Shown here: positions 1 through 12,500 of the stretch, piece after piece | Layout of the letters: each line of letters opens with the position of its first letter | Numbering within the stretch: position 1 is the first letter of the stretch | Virus record (IMG/VR): IMGVR_UViG_3300045988_174665 | From: a virus | Reading direction: 5' to 3' (one strand) | DNA: 64,000 bases | Notes under the pieces: generated by a model | Database searches by the model: none | What the model was told of the DNA's origin: nothing | The model's input: only the letters and a program-made list of their open reading frames with translations | Translations under genes and position numbers: made by a program

Positions 1-9
1 CCAAAAGGG

Positions 10-414
10 TTAGATGAGTTCATTTAATTTTCCTCCTTTATTTATCAGAGTAGAGAGCTTTTTTTCTAGTTCTTCTACTCTTTTTTTATAACTTTGATAG
101 TCTGCTAATAAATTTGTTGTATCCGTTTCTTTTTCCTTTTCCTTTGGAGTTTCATATGGCATTAATTTATATGCCATAAACATTGGGCTTCCATTCTGCA
201 TTGTTTTTATATATAACAAGTTCTCGGAAGGACAAAGGGCTAACGATAAACCAACTCCCATTGGTACATTTGCCACCTCTAATGAGTTATTAATTGTGTA
301 TACACTACCTTGCGGCTGAGGGAATAACTGAGTAGGTTGAAATTGTACTGACGGAGAAGCGGAAGAGGGATTATTTTGTATTTGATTGTAAAGCTGTTGA
401 AAATTATTAGCCAT
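10..414 (-). CDS. hypothetical protein at distal end of the tail operon
   Basis: ORF 10..468. The AGGAGGA RBS abuts the first ATG, so the in-frame ATG at 414 (MANNFQQ...) was chosen. No recognisable motif. Confidence 0.45.
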   Translation of the reverse strand: MANNFQQLYNQIQNNPSSASPSVQFQPTQLFPQPQGSVYTINNSLEVANVPMGVGLSLALCPSENLLYIKTMQNGSPMFMAYKLMPYETPKEKEKETDTTNLLADYQSYKKRVEELEKKLSTLINKGGKLNELI

Positions 415-551
415 CACCATTCCTCCTTTATCACTTTTTCTCATCCGATTATAAGTAGAGAAAAGCATAAGTAAGTATAATTTTTTTGGTAAATTTTAAT
501 GAAAACTGAGATGTTTGTTTTAAAAAGAATGTGGAAAATCAACAAAATTTT

Positions 552-580
552 CTAAAAAAGAGAGGCATTAAGCCTCTCTT
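552..580 (-). terminator. rho-independent terminator after the 1642-aa tail gene
   Basis: Stem GAGAGGC/GCCTCTC (560-578) followed on the minus strand by a U-run (plus ctaaaaaag, 552-559). Confidence 0.6.
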
Positions 581-3500
581 TTATCTTATGATTTCATTAA
601 GTTGTTTTTGTAATATATTTATGTCTGTTGTAATATTATTTAATTGGTTTTGAGTCGTAAGTGAAGAAGAAACATTTGAATAATTACCCGTGCCATATTC
701 TACATTTTTTATGGTTGCAGCCATTCTTTGGAATAAATCTTCGTAATCAGTTCTATAATTTTGAATAGTAATTTTAGTTTCAGCAGGGTTATCTAAATTA
801 TGATTAATCTCAGATACAATAACTTCTTCTTTATAAGGAGTTATTTTTTCTTCATCTGACCAACCAAAAAATTCAGTATCTTCTATAAAGGTTTTATCTC
901 TAATCTTAAAATCATATAGTTTAAATTCTGGTAAGGCAGAAATTTCTAAAGCATCAATTGTATAGCTGACTTTAGGAAAAGCATTTTCTCGTGCCTTTTC
1001 TATTGCTGAGAAATAATATATATTATCATCCATAAAGTCTTCTGACATCCAAGTTCCTTCTTGAATAAAGGCAGCATATTTATCATAGAAATCTCGTAAA
1101 ATTTTAACTTTTTGTTGGCTAATCGAATTAATTGAAGTTAAAATGCTATTATAATTTTTGCGTGCTGTAGTGTACTTATTATTATAATCTCTGTAGATAC
1201 GCTTATAAGCGGGAATTAATTTTTTATAATATTTAATAGTTTCTATGTAGCTAGTAAATAGTTTGTTGTTTTTAAATTCTTTAAAATAAGAATCATTGTT
1301 TTTAGTCAGGTAGTTGGAATAGCTTTTACCAGTTAGTTCATAGAAATTATTATAGTATTCTGTTAATAGTTTATTTATATTATCTACACCAAGTTTATAA
1401 GTTTCAACCATAGCTAAATACTTACTTTTTAAAATGCTATAAGTACCCAGATTTTTACTGTATTGTCTATTATTATTATTTAATTGTCTTAATAAATAAC
1501 AACAATTATCATAATTCTTTAAAAATAGTTTTTTTGAAATTAATCCTTGGTTAATATAATAAGACAAATCTAATATAAAGTTTTCTCCAATCGGATTGTT
1601 TTCAGCTCTTGCAATAGAGCAGAATCCATTCTCTCCATATTCATTAGAATTACTTTTTACTATTAATTTTGTAGAAATATTAGAAGAATCTATCGACCTT
1701 TGAATTGATTTTAAGTTAATACCATATTTAAATCCTGCATTATTAACTTGATACTGTTTTCTTTTAAAATATAAATATTTTAAAGGTTTATAAGTTTGTG
1801 TGTCATATTCTATATCACCCCGTTCAGAATGAAGAATCTCAAAATCCATCCAACAATCAAAAGTTTCGCATAGTTTTAGTAAGATATCATAAACATTGCT
1901 TTCTGTTGCAACAATTGAATTTTTCTTTTCGTAGGTTAAATCAATTTTAGGAATAAAGCTTGGGTCATCATAATATCCTTTATATTCATAAATCATTTTA
2001 TTAGCTTCGATAACTCCCTCATTATCACCGGGATTAAAATAGTAATAAATTGTATTATTTACATTGTCATTAACTTCTGAAGGATAAATTAAATTACCGT
2101 CCTTATCTCTATATTCTTTAAACAACTGACAATCTGCAATTCCGACATAAGATTCTCCACCTGCGCTATAAACTACATCTCCAAGTATGAATAATCCAAA
2201 ATTATCCTTAATCAAATCAGAATATTCTAAATTACCATATTTTGAGTCATCATAATGATAATCTCCAAAAGCCACTAAATCATAAATTCCATATATTCCT
2301 TCACCTTTGACTGTTGATGTCTGAGTAAAACCTGATACATTCCAAATATTAGACATTATTAATAAATCTATCATATCCTCGTGAGGAATACCAGAAACTT
2401 CTTTAGTTAACCCCTTTGTTTTTGACCAAGTTGTGGAAGTATCCCTGTTATAATTTTCTTTATAGGCGTATGTGATATTTGTAGCGTGAGTTTTAGGATT
2501 ATAAAAAGAGTAATTATTAAAAATTCTAAACCCGTTATAGCTTAAACTCTTAGAAGTACTATCGTTCCATAAAGATTCTAAAGTAGTTTTTCTTTCTCCA
2601 TTTACATCATATCTAAAATAATTTTCATTCCAAATAATCATATTAATTGGAGAAAAATAATATTGTTTTCCATCTTGAGGAAAAGTATAGGTAAGTTTTG
2701 TATTTTTATTATTTATTAATTCTTGAAGAGTCCATTCTCTTAAATTTAAACCGTCCTTCGGCTTTTGTCCAGTATAGTCTCCATATCCACTAAAATACTT
2801 AATCATCTCTCTGCCCGGACCTTCTTCTCTAGAAGTTAATATATAAGCTATTCTACTAGTATCTGGGTCTCGCGGATTATATTCTGTGCCAGAGGGGAAA
2901 TTTACTTGTTTAATAAAATTAACGGCATTACTTTCTGTACTCCAATAATTAGCTAAATATCTTTGCACAAAAAATAATGGCGCCCCACCATCTTTTAATA
3001 CAGTATTATTATAATATACAGGCACAAGTGAATTTGTATATATATCTTTTTCTGAGGCTAAATTATTAGTATCATTATTAAAAGAGATATAAGGAGTTAT
3101 TAAGTTCTCTTTAGACTCATTTAAGGCAGCGTTTTCTATATTACTATTATATTTTGCGATAACTGGATGTAATAAATTAAGTGGTAACATATCATTATTT
3201 AAAACAGATATAGATAGAGCATATTTGTCACCCTTATTAAGTTGATTTATAGTATAACTATAATCAGAAAAACCAGTATTATACAAACAAGGAAAATAAA
3301 ATCTATTATATCTACTATGCAAAGTATTACCAAATAATTTCCAGTTTAAAATAGGAACTTCAGAAGCTTTTCTTGTTAATGCAGCATCTTTAGTTTTAAT
3401 TCTTGAAGTTAAATCTAAAGAAATTAAATTGGTAACTGCTGTTTTTCCATTTTGATTACATGTATCTAAAGTTTTCCAACCATCAGTAGAAATAAAATTA

Positions 3501-5509
3501 TTAGGATTAGTAATATAATTCTCTACTAATGGAGTAGCTTCATATTCTTTTTCTTGGTAACCATAATATGTTGTATTGCCCTTAGTATATAAATCACAGT
3601 ATTTATCTAATAGGGGATAATATCTTTTCTCTTGTGGGGAATAATATCTATCAGCTCGGTACAATAGATTTAGAGTGTAAGATAATATTAAAAAAGAACT
3701 ATTTTTAGTAGGAATTACAATATCATTATTTTTATAAGTAACATCACTAATCATATAATAATTTTGATTAGATATTTTATTACTACTTTCTAAAGGTGGG
3801 TCATCAAGATAATAAATACAAGACAAAGTATTTTTTTTAGCAGATACCTCTCCGTAGAAAAAGCATAATTTTCCTTCAGGCTTTAGATTAAGTGTTGTAT
3901 CTTCAAAAATTAATTGTCCTTTATTATTTAATTCACATTTTTTACAATTAATTGTATAAATTCCTTCTGGAATAGTAGCAATATAAATGTTATCTTCTAA
4001 GGTTTGAACCAAAAAATCTGATTTTGTTTTGTTTAAACTATAGTTCGTTTCTTGTATTGCCCGCTCTGCCAATTCAAAAATATTTCCTGTGTTATTTTCC
4101 AATTCTGTATTGTAAGTAATATTAAACCCTACCTTAGAAAGTTCATTTTTAATAAGGCTTTCTGCTTGGTAAGTAATCTTATAATTTTCAGTCATTTCGC
4201 TGATGTTTTTAATTATAAAATCATACCACTTATCTTTATATTTAAGTTTTACTTTTCTTTCATTAATTAAAAGAGGTAAATATGGGTTATCTATTAATTT
4301 TCCCGTTTTATTATCATAATATTTAGCATAGATAGAGAAAGTTAAAGTATTATCTTCATTTTCTTTTAGAGATAAATTACAATCAAATGCTGCGGCTGGA
4401 TTATTAGTATCTGCATCTTTTAGAGTACAAAGTTTGTTTTCTTTTATAAATGTATCTGGCTGATTTAATGGGGTAAATAGTAAATCAGTGATAGTTAGAT
4501 TGTCTAAAGCAGAAGAAATAGAATTTTCAGTTTCTCTACCTATTAATAATAGAAAATCTCCTTCTAACTTATAAGGGGTACACCAACCAATAAAAGTCTC
4601 GGGAAGGACAAAAACAGAATCTGTTCGTGGGCCAATACCCATTCTTTGCCAAAGACCAATGCGACGAGAATAACTACTGTTTAAACTAACAGTATCAATA
4701 ACGATATCAAAATTAAAAGTTTGGTTAAATACATCTCCTGTAGTTTGTAAAGATTGTAGCCAAAGTGATTGTTCACTATTTTCCCCGTTTTTCCAAACAA
4801 TATTTTGTTCTCCGGCTGAAACCATTGTTGTCATAGAGTCATCTGTGTATTGGATTAATTTAATTGAAGTAGCAGTCTTTCCTTCATTAGAAACCTTAAA
4901 ATAATATTTTGGAGGGATTATATCTTCCAGTGCATGAGAGCCTTTTTTAAATGAACCATCTTTAAAGAAGCTAACTAATTTATCTGTTCCAACTGGTTTT
5001 TGCAAATATAATTGTAATGTAAAGCCAAAAGAAGAGCGTGGGTCATCCAAAGTAAAATTATTTAATTGATAAATTACTCCATCTAAAGGAGTATTAGGTC
5101 GATACCCAACCTCAAGGCCCCTACTAATTTTATCCCACTCTTGTTGTGATAAAAATTGCCCAGTGGTAATTTTAAAATTTTTACATCTTAAAAAGATTTT
5201 ATGCCTTTTTTGTGGCTGTATCCAATAACTAGTAGTTCCTAAACCTTTTGCATAGGTTTTCAAAAAACTAAGGGAATATGATTGTGGAACTTCCGTAATG
5301 ATGTGACTAGACCCATATAAAGCTTCTTTTTTATTAATCATTTCAGGAGGATTTTTTTGAAATTTAAACTTATCATGAGTTGTAATAGGTTCTAAATAAT
5401 AACTTAAATCATTCAAGTCACTATAATATCCTTGACATATGTTTATATAATCATAATCTGTAGGCTTTTCCACATTTTCCCACAAACTAATCTCATATTC
5501 ATTATTCAT
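581..5509 (-). CDS. large distal tail / baseplate protein (Tal or receptor-binding type), 1642 aa
   Basis: Uninterrupted 1642-aa ORF directly downstream of the tape measure and Dit-like genes, which is the canonical siphophage order. Function assigned from position and size only. Confidence 0.55.
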   Translation of the reverse strand: MNNEYEISLWENVEKPTDYDYINICQGYYSDLNDLSYYLEPITTHDKFKFQKNPPEMINKKEALYGSSHIITEVPQSYSLSFLKTYAKGLGTTSYWIQPQKRHKIFLRCKNFKITTGQFLSQQEWDKISRGLEVGYRPNTPLDGVIYQLNNFTLDDPRSSFGFTLQLYLQKPVGTDKLVSFFKDGSFKKGSHALEDIIPPKYYFKVSNEGKTATSIKLIQYTDDSMTTMVSAGEQNIVWKNGENSEQSLWLQSLQTTGDVFNQTFNFDIVIDTVSLNSSYSRRIGLWQRMGIGPRTDSVFVLPETFIGWCTPYKLEGDFLLLIGRETENSISSALDNLTITDLLFTPLNQPDTFIKENKLCTLKDADTNNPAAAFDCNLSLKENEDNTLTFSIYAKYYDNKTGKLIDNPYLPLLINERKVKLKYKDKWYDFIIKNISEMTENYKITYQAESLIKNELSKVGFNITYNTELENNTGNIFELAERAIQETNYSLNKTKSDFLVQTLEDNIYIATIPEGIYTINCKKCELNNKGQLIFEDTTLNLKPEGKLCFFYGEVSAKKNTLSCIYYLDDPPLESSNKISNQNYYMISDVTYKNNDIVIPTKNSSFLILSYTLNLLYRADRYYSPQEKRYYPLLDKYCDLYTKGNTTYYGYQEKEYEATPLVENYITNPNNFISTDGWKTLDTCNQNGKTAVTNLISLDLTSRIKTKDAALTRKASEVPILNWKLFGNTLHSRYNRFYFPCLYNTGFSDYSYTINQLNKGDKYALSISVLNNDMLPLNLLHPVIAKYNSNIENAALNESKENLITPYISFNNDTNNLASEKDIYTNSLVPVYYNNTVLKDGGAPLFFVQRYLANYWSTESNAVNFIKQVNFPSGTEYNPRDPDTSRIAYILTSREEGPGREMIKYFSGYGDYTGQKPKDGLNLREWTLQELINNKNTKLTYTFPQDGKQYYFSPINMIIWNENYFRYDVNGERKTTLESLWNDSTSKSLSYNGFRIFNNYSFYNPKTHATNITYAYKENYNRDTSTTWSKTKGLTKEVSGIPHEDMIDLLIMSNIWNVSGFTQTSTVKGEGIYGIYDLVAFGDYHYDDSKYGNLEYSDLIKDNFGLFILGDVVYSAGGESYVGIADCQLFKEYRDKDGNLIYPSEVNDNVNNTIYYYFNPGDNEGVIEANKMIYEYKGYYDDPSFIPKIDLTYEKKNSIVATESNVYDILLKLCETFDCWMDFEILHSERGDIEYDTQTYKPLKYLYFKRKQYQVNNAGFKYGINLKSIQRSIDSSNISTKLIVKSNSNEYGENGFCSIARAENNPIGENFILDLSYYINQGLISKKLFLKNYDNCCYLLRQLNNNNRQYSKNLGTYSILKSKYLAMVETYKLGVDNINKLLTEYYNNFYELTGKSYSNYLTKNNDSYFKEFKNNKLFTSYIETIKYYKKLIPAYKRIYRDYNNKYTTARKNYNSILTSINSISQQKVKILRDFYDKYAAFIQEGTWMSEDFMDDNIYYFSAIEKARENAFPKVSYTIDALEISALPEFKLYDFKIRDKTFIEDTEFFGWSDEEKITPYKEEVIVSEINHNLDNPAETKITIQNYRTDYEDLFQRMAATIKNVEYGTGNYSNVSSSLTTQNQLNNITTDINILQKQLNEIIR

Positions 5510-5522
5510 TTTTTATACCTCC

Positions 5523-6512
5523 TTAATAATATAAATAATCATAATCTAAAGTTACATCACGACCAGACCAGTCTGGGTCAACCGCCCCGCCTAGACGGTC
5601 TATTTTTAAATAACTAACTCCACAAGGAATTTGAAAAATATCTCCCTTTGTAATATATCCATTTACTATTATTTCCAATCCTTTATTATTTTTTAAAGTT
5701 ATAAGTTTAGTTAAGCTATTGATACAATAAGATTTAAATTGGATTCCTTCAAAATCTTCTCTAATTGAGGTTAAGCTTAAAACAAAATATTTAGCTTCTT
5801 CTTTGTTTTCATTTAATAAACTAATTTTAATTTCTCCTATAGAGGAATCAGTAGATAAATAATTAAAATTTAAAATAAAAGAAGTTTCTATATCGCCGGG
5901 ATTATATAAATTTAGAAGGTGGTTATTATCCTTATTTATTGTATCCTTTTCTATTCCATTTGCAGTTTTTTCTTCTATTCCACTAGCTTCAATCCACTCA
6001 TCTTTATTATTATAAATGAAATCCCATTCTGGAATATTATATAGATTATATTTTTCCTCATATTTAAAACGACTTCTTGCATAAGGGAAGTATGCTATAA
6101 AATTCAAAGTTCCTTCACCCTTATAAATTCTCTCCCCGTTTTCTTCAAAACAAATATATTTTAAATTGGGAGTTCCATTAATCTTTACTTTATATACTTT
6201 ATAAGGGGTTTCATCAAAAATTAAATCTTGCGGCTCTGTGTTGCTTAAAACTTGCTTTAATAATCGCAACTGTTTTTCTGTTAAAGAATCAAAAGCAATG
6301 GGGATATCAAAAATTCTTTGAGTGTAATCAGAACCAAAATAAAAAGTTTCATTTCTTCCAGTTACTGTCGCTGTTCTATCGGTATAAGTTGGAAGTAGGT
6401 TTTCAGTAAACCTACTTCCATCACTTACTCTTAAAATTCCCAGTTCGGAAGAATGAAACTTGCCAATTGTAAAGCCGATATAATCGCCCTTTAAAAGTTG
6501 CATTTGTTTCAC
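5523..6512 (-). CDS. distal tail protein (Dit-like)
   Basis: 329-aa ORF immediately after the tape measure gene. The N-terminus (MKQMQLLKGDYIGFTIGKFHS...) is typical of phage tail family proteins. Assigned mainly by synteny. Confidence 0.5.
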   Translation of the reverse strand: MKQMQLLKGDYIGFTIGKFHSSELGILRVSDGSRFTENLLPTYTDRTATVTGRNETFYFGSDYTQRIFDIPIAFDSLTEKQLRLLKQVLSNTEPQDLIFDETPYKVYKVKINGTPNLKYICFEENGERIYKGEGTLNFIAYFPYARSRFKYEEKYNLYNIPEWDFIYNNKDEWIEASGIEEKTANGIEKDTINKDNNHLLNLYNPGDIETSFILNFNYLSTDSSIGEIKISLLNENKEEAKYFVLSLTSIREDFEGIQFKSYCINSLTKLITLKNNKGLEIIVNGYITKGDIFQIPCGVSYLKIDRLGGAVDPDWSGRDVTLDYDYLYY

Positions 6513-6516
6513 TCCT

Positions 6517-9500
6517 TTATCTCATAAAACTTATAGCGTTGACATTTCTATATCTTGCATCACTAGCAATAGATTTTTTTACTTGTTTTGCCAACTGTTC
6601 TACATCATAATCTTTCTCAATTTTATCTACATTTATGTTAACTTCTACATTAACATCTCCAGTAGATTGAGAAGGAATACTATTATTATTATTATTATTC
6701 TTCATTACACTAGATAACACTTCTTTTAGAGTTAAGAAATTTTGTGTATCTTTTGCGTTTAATATTAACTCTGGAGAACTCTTAGTACCATCTAACCAAG
6801 CTGGACCAGTAAAGTCTGCTAGACCACCTTTTTTATATTGAGGAACTGACTTGATGGCAGAAGATTTAAACCATCCAGTATATCCCGAAGTTTTGTGGTG
6901 TCTAACTAAAACATAACCATTCTGTTCGCTAAGTACAATATAATTAGGGTCATAATCAAAATATTGATGACCGCCGCCTTGTCCAGAAGAATTTGCATAA
7001 ATTCGAGTATTTGGGTCAACTTTAATTTTACTACCAACCCTATATTTTTTATTGTTAGAATTAGAACCTTGTTTTTTGCTTGAAGTAGAATTAGTTTTCT
7101 TACTTGTAGAAGTTTTAGTCCAATTTCCTCCAGTTTCTAAAGTTCTAAAGGTTCTACCATCGGGCATTAAGAATACATCATTATAAGTTGTGTAGCCTCC
7201 TTTACCCTTTACTCTAACACTACCATCTGATTGAATAACTCCAGTTTGTTGCTTACCATTACCATCAGTAAAAGTAATACCTTGACCGCCATAATAGCCT
7301 AATTTTTCGAGTTGCCTATCTTTTGCGTAGGTACTAATAGATATCTTAGCTGATTGTTCAAGAGTGTCTAACCAATCCATTTTTTGCATTGAAGATAAAC
7401 CAGAAAAAGTATCTTCTTTCTTTAACAATTTTTCTAATTCACTACCTTTTAATAACGCCCCAGTGGCAGTAGTTCCTTTGTTGATTAAAGTATAAACTTC
7501 ATTCCAATATTTACCTTCGTTTTTAGCAACATCTAATTGTGCCTGCATTATACTGATTTGAGTTTGACGTTGGTCAGAAGCTTTCTCGTTTTGTTGTTCT
7601 ATCTCACTCAATCTTTGGTCAATCAAATTATCAGTATAATCTTGTTCTTGATTAGTTAATTCTTCCTGTAATTGTTTTATAGCTAATTCGTTTGAACCCG
7701 AAGTATCTAATTGTAGATAAGCTAATTGTCTTTCTTTATCAGTAATTTCTTTTTCTGTTTTTTGATTATTGCGGTCTTGACGAATTTTATCTAAATTCTC
7801 TTGAATTGCACTCATCAAAGCATCATTACTATTATTAATAGTTTCATCTAAATTAGATAAGTTATCAATAATCTTTTGTTCTCGATTTAAAATAGCGTCA
7901 TAAACACGCTGTTCAAAATCCATCGTGTCTTCTCTACCTTGCTCTTCAAGTTCCTTTAAAGTATCAGTATATTCGTCAATTGCATCTTCTGCATCATTCA
8001 TAGAGTCTTGAAGTTCTTCCAATTTGGAAATATATTCTTCTATTCTATCCCCCAAATCATTATCAGTAACTCTATTAATATTGCCCCAATTAATTTCAAT
8101 TGTATTGTCTTTCCAGTTGTAAGCTGCGTATTTTTTAAGGTCAGAGTTCCAAGAAACAGTATCTTTGATTTCTTGTTTACGATTTACATACATTTGTTGT
8201 TGTAATCGTATTTCTTCTTCAAGAACTTTAACTTGACTTTTATAGTTTTTATAAATATCTTTTGCTGTTGATTTCCTATTCTCTAAAAGTCGGTCATATT
8301 TCTTTTCAAGTTTTTCTCTTTCCCTTAGTTTCGCATTAATATCAGCAGTTAAGTTATAAAGCCAATCATATGTATTTTTCCAAGGTTCTTCTTCTTTTGC
8401 AGAGGAAGACTTTTTTGTTGACGACTTTTTAGTCGAAGCCTTTTTGGTTGAGGCTTTTTTAGTTGAAGTATCGTAATCAGAAGTTTGACCTTCTTTTCTT
8501 TCATATCCACGAGCAAAACTAAAGAATTTTTGCTGATGACTTCCCTTTAAAATATCTTTGGTTTCATCAGCAGGGAAAATAACATCATCTTTATTAACTT
8601 TTGTAATTTCTGGGCCTTTCGCTCCCAGAAGTTTAGCTTCACCTTTTTTATTATAAGATAGCTCTGGACCTTCTTCACCAACCAAAGCATTGGAAGAAAC
8701 TGGAGCTTTTTTAGTTCCTTGGGCAAAAGACCAACCTTTTCCCGTTGAAAAAGTAGGGGGTTTATTTAAGTTGATTCCAAAAGTATTGGATAGAACTTTA
8801 CCGAATTGTTGAGGTGGTCCTTGTACTTCTAGGCTTTCATTATTTAAAATTTGATTTAACAGCTTAGCGTCTTCAATACAGTCTAAAATGGCCTGGTCTA
8901 TATTATTTCTAATATTAGTTCCCGCCTCACTAGTATCGACCGTAGTAAAACTATCTGTAATGGCTTGAGCATAAATAGTTGCGTCGGCTTTTGTTTGAGC
9001 TTCTTCTAAAGTTTTAGCAACCCCATTTTCTTGAACTTCAGTCAGCTCTAAATCATAACCCTTTAATTCAATTGTGCCATCTTTATTTTCTAAGTTATCA
9101 ATTTGTTTTTCTACTGCTTCGTAAATTAAATCATCTTTAACCCCTAAAGAAGAAAAGGTATTAACAAGTTCATCTAAAGAAGCTTTACCATTAATAAAGG
9201 GGTCTAGCCCTCTATTTTTCTTACCCCAAATTTCTTCCATAAGGGACTGGACATTTTTAAGTTGAGTTTCAGTATCGTCGTCGCTACCCAAATCAAAAAT
9301 TTTTATTTCTCCAGAATCTTTGATTCTTTTTTTAATGTCTTCTACGGTAGTTAATTTATCAATATTGATATCTAACTCTTTAGCTAAATCTTGCCATACT
9401 GTTAACTCATCTTTTCCATAAAGTTTACCATAATTAGTTAAATCTTTTGTATTGATAATAGTTTGTGTTTGTGTCTTTTGAACTTTTTCAACTGAACCAC

Positions 9501-12500
9501 TACCTACTTTAGTTTTCCATTCATTTTCTAAAGTACTAATTTGATATTCACTTTTCTTTAAGAAATCAGACCAACCTGCGGCATAATCATTCTCTCTTAA
9601 TTCTTGAGCTAAATCTCCAGAATAATTTTTAAAATCAGTGAGCATCATTTTAGCATATTCTTCGGTAACATTATAAGATTTAGCAATTTTTTTAACTACT
9701 TCATTAGTTGAAAATTTTCCGACATCTAAATCAATACTACCATTAGAAAGTAAAGATACTCCTAGCCCCTCTTTCTTTAGAGCTTGAGCATAATCGCTAT
9801 TTGTTGCCAAATCTTTCCAAGCACCATAAAGATTATTATAAAGTTTCTTTAACTTCTCTCCATAAACTTTAGTTGCTTTTTCTAAATCTTTATTAGCGGC
9901 TTTTTCAAAATCTTCACCAAAGAATAGGTCTAAATAGTTATATAATTGTGTATTACCATAAGCCCCTTCTTTAAGCCAATTGGCAACTTTTTCAACAATA
10001 TCATTAACTTTATCCCCAACCTCTCCTTCATCAATACCGGGGTCAAAATTGTCTAATAAATCAACTGATTCAGCTACTACATTATTTAACTGTTGAGTGC
10101 TATCTGCCAATTCTAACAATCCATTAGTTACATCCTCAATTCCTAAATCACCAGAACCAACTGCCGCAAGCGTATCTGCTAAAGTTTGGGCTGCTATATC
10201 TGTATTTTCTAAAACATTTTGAAGTTCAGTAGATTCTTCGGCATATTCTTCCACTTTAGAAGCAGTTATTTTATCGCCTTTTTTAAGGGTCTTAACAATG
10301 TCTTTCTGTATATCTTCAAAACTACTAGCTTTAAAGAATTCCTGCATTTGAGCACCGACACCATATGCTACTTGACCTACTTCTGCCATACCCTTAGCAA
10401 CTTTTCTAATTTCCTTGTTACTACTTGCTAATCCCTTTTTAATTGCAGTAGCACCCTCAATAGCGCTATCCCAATTAACATTTTCAAGGGTTGAAGAGAA
10501 TTTATCCATATATTCTTTAATGTATTTATCAGATTTATTAGATAGTCCATCAAAAACAGTGGATATTACTGAAGTAGTCCCTTTTTCTCCAAATTTTTTC
10601 AACAAAGTATTTTCAAAATTAGTTATAGAAGAGGCTTGTTGAGCGTTTAATTTTTGAATTACAGCGGAATAACTATTTAATCTTTTTTGGGTATTGTCAT
10701 TTTCAGTTGCTTTTATAGCTGTACCAAATAGTTGCTTTTTTTGCCGTAATTGCGTAGTATGTATATCGGTCTTTGCTTGCTCAAAAGCTTGAGTTAATTC
10801 TTCTACGGTTGTACCCATTTCAGAGGCTAGTTCACTTGCACTTTTATCCATTTTTTTCAAATAGGTATCAAAATTATCTAGTTTATTATAATCTAAAGTA
10901 GTATCTCGATTTAAAATTCCAATAAACTCTTTCTGGTCAGTTAATGCCATCTTAGAAATTGCCTCATAGGCATTATTTATATATTTTTGATAATTTTCGC
11001 CCACTTGTTGTGATGCTAATTGAAATCTCATCGCATCTTCTTCCATATCAGAAGCGATTTTAGAGATATCTCCACCGTAGAAAGCATCTGCATATTTTTT
11101 CTTTAGGTCGTCTCCGCCAACGCTATCAAGGTCTCTTTTTGCCTTTTCTACCTCTTCCTGTAAGTTGCCACTTATTTGAGATAATCCATTAGCTAATCCT
11201 TCTGATAAGCCAGAATTTTGTAAAGCGTCGCTAATCCCTTGTAACATTGTAGTTTTAATAGCAGAGGTATTTAATTGGTCTTTAGCCTCCTTCGCTAATC
11301 TACTTCCTTCAAAGTCAGCAGAACCATCTACACTTTTATAAGTAGCTGCAGAGCCACCACCTGCTGCTATTTTATCATTTAATGGAGAAAAAATATTTTT
11401 ATTTAAATCGGCTAGCATTGCTTGAATACTGTTAGCACTATAGGTAACACCATTAATTGTCAAATCTTTAGTATTAGCCTGAACCCAATTCCATACATCA
11501 GTTGATGTGTTTTCTAATCCAACTGCCGAATCTTTTAAAAGGTTTTGTTCTTCAACACTACGGTCGGTTGATGCCTGAGCCTCCTTTTTTATAGCTTCCA
11601 ATAAAGAATTATATTTTTCATAGCCTTCTTTAAAAGTTGCTCCCTCTTCAAGCGTCATTCCAGAATCCGAAAGCCCATAAACTTTTTCTCTTGCTGCACT
11701 TTCTTTTTCATTAATGTCTTTTTGCTGTTTTAAAAGTTCGGTATATTGAGAGCCAACAAGAGTGGAAGTTTGTAATTTAGAAACTTTTTCCCCTTCTTCT
11801 TTAAGAAGTTCATTTTGCCCCTCTTCATTTAAAGTTAACAGACCAGATTTATCAGTAGTAATATATTTGGCTAATTGAGGATAAGTTTCAAGCAACTTAA
11901 CAACTTCTTCATTAGCTTTAATTAATTGGTCCTTCCATTCACTTGTGCCAACTGTTAAATCTTCTAAAGATTTAACTATTTCATTATAATTATCAAAAGA
12001 TTCCTGTAAATCATCATAAGCCGTTTTCGCATCGTTAGCAGCTTCTTTAGAATCTTTTAAGGCTTGGGTGGCTTGCTCAATTTTATATTCAATTGAAGCT
12101 TTTTTAATTGCATCGGCAATCCACCAGATGGCTCCAGCTATAGCTGCTAGTCCTGCTAAAACCCAACCTACTGGCATTGATGCTATAGCGGCATTTAAAA
12201 CTGAGGTCGCACTTGCTGCACCATTGGCAGCAATAGCCTCTACCTCTTCTGCCGAAGCTAATCCTAAAGATTGCATTATTGCTAATCTTTTTGCTTTATT
12301 ACAGAATAGTAATGCTGCATAAGACCTTGCTTTTATACCAATACCAACATTTTCTTGATTATTTTCTGCGATTAAGTTTAAGAAATAACGCTTAGAACCA
12401 TCAGATAATTCATCATTAAGACTTATTCTCTCTGATATTTTTGCGGTATCTTTATTTAAATAAAGAAGAGATTGTTTATTGGTGTCAAGTCCTAACTTTT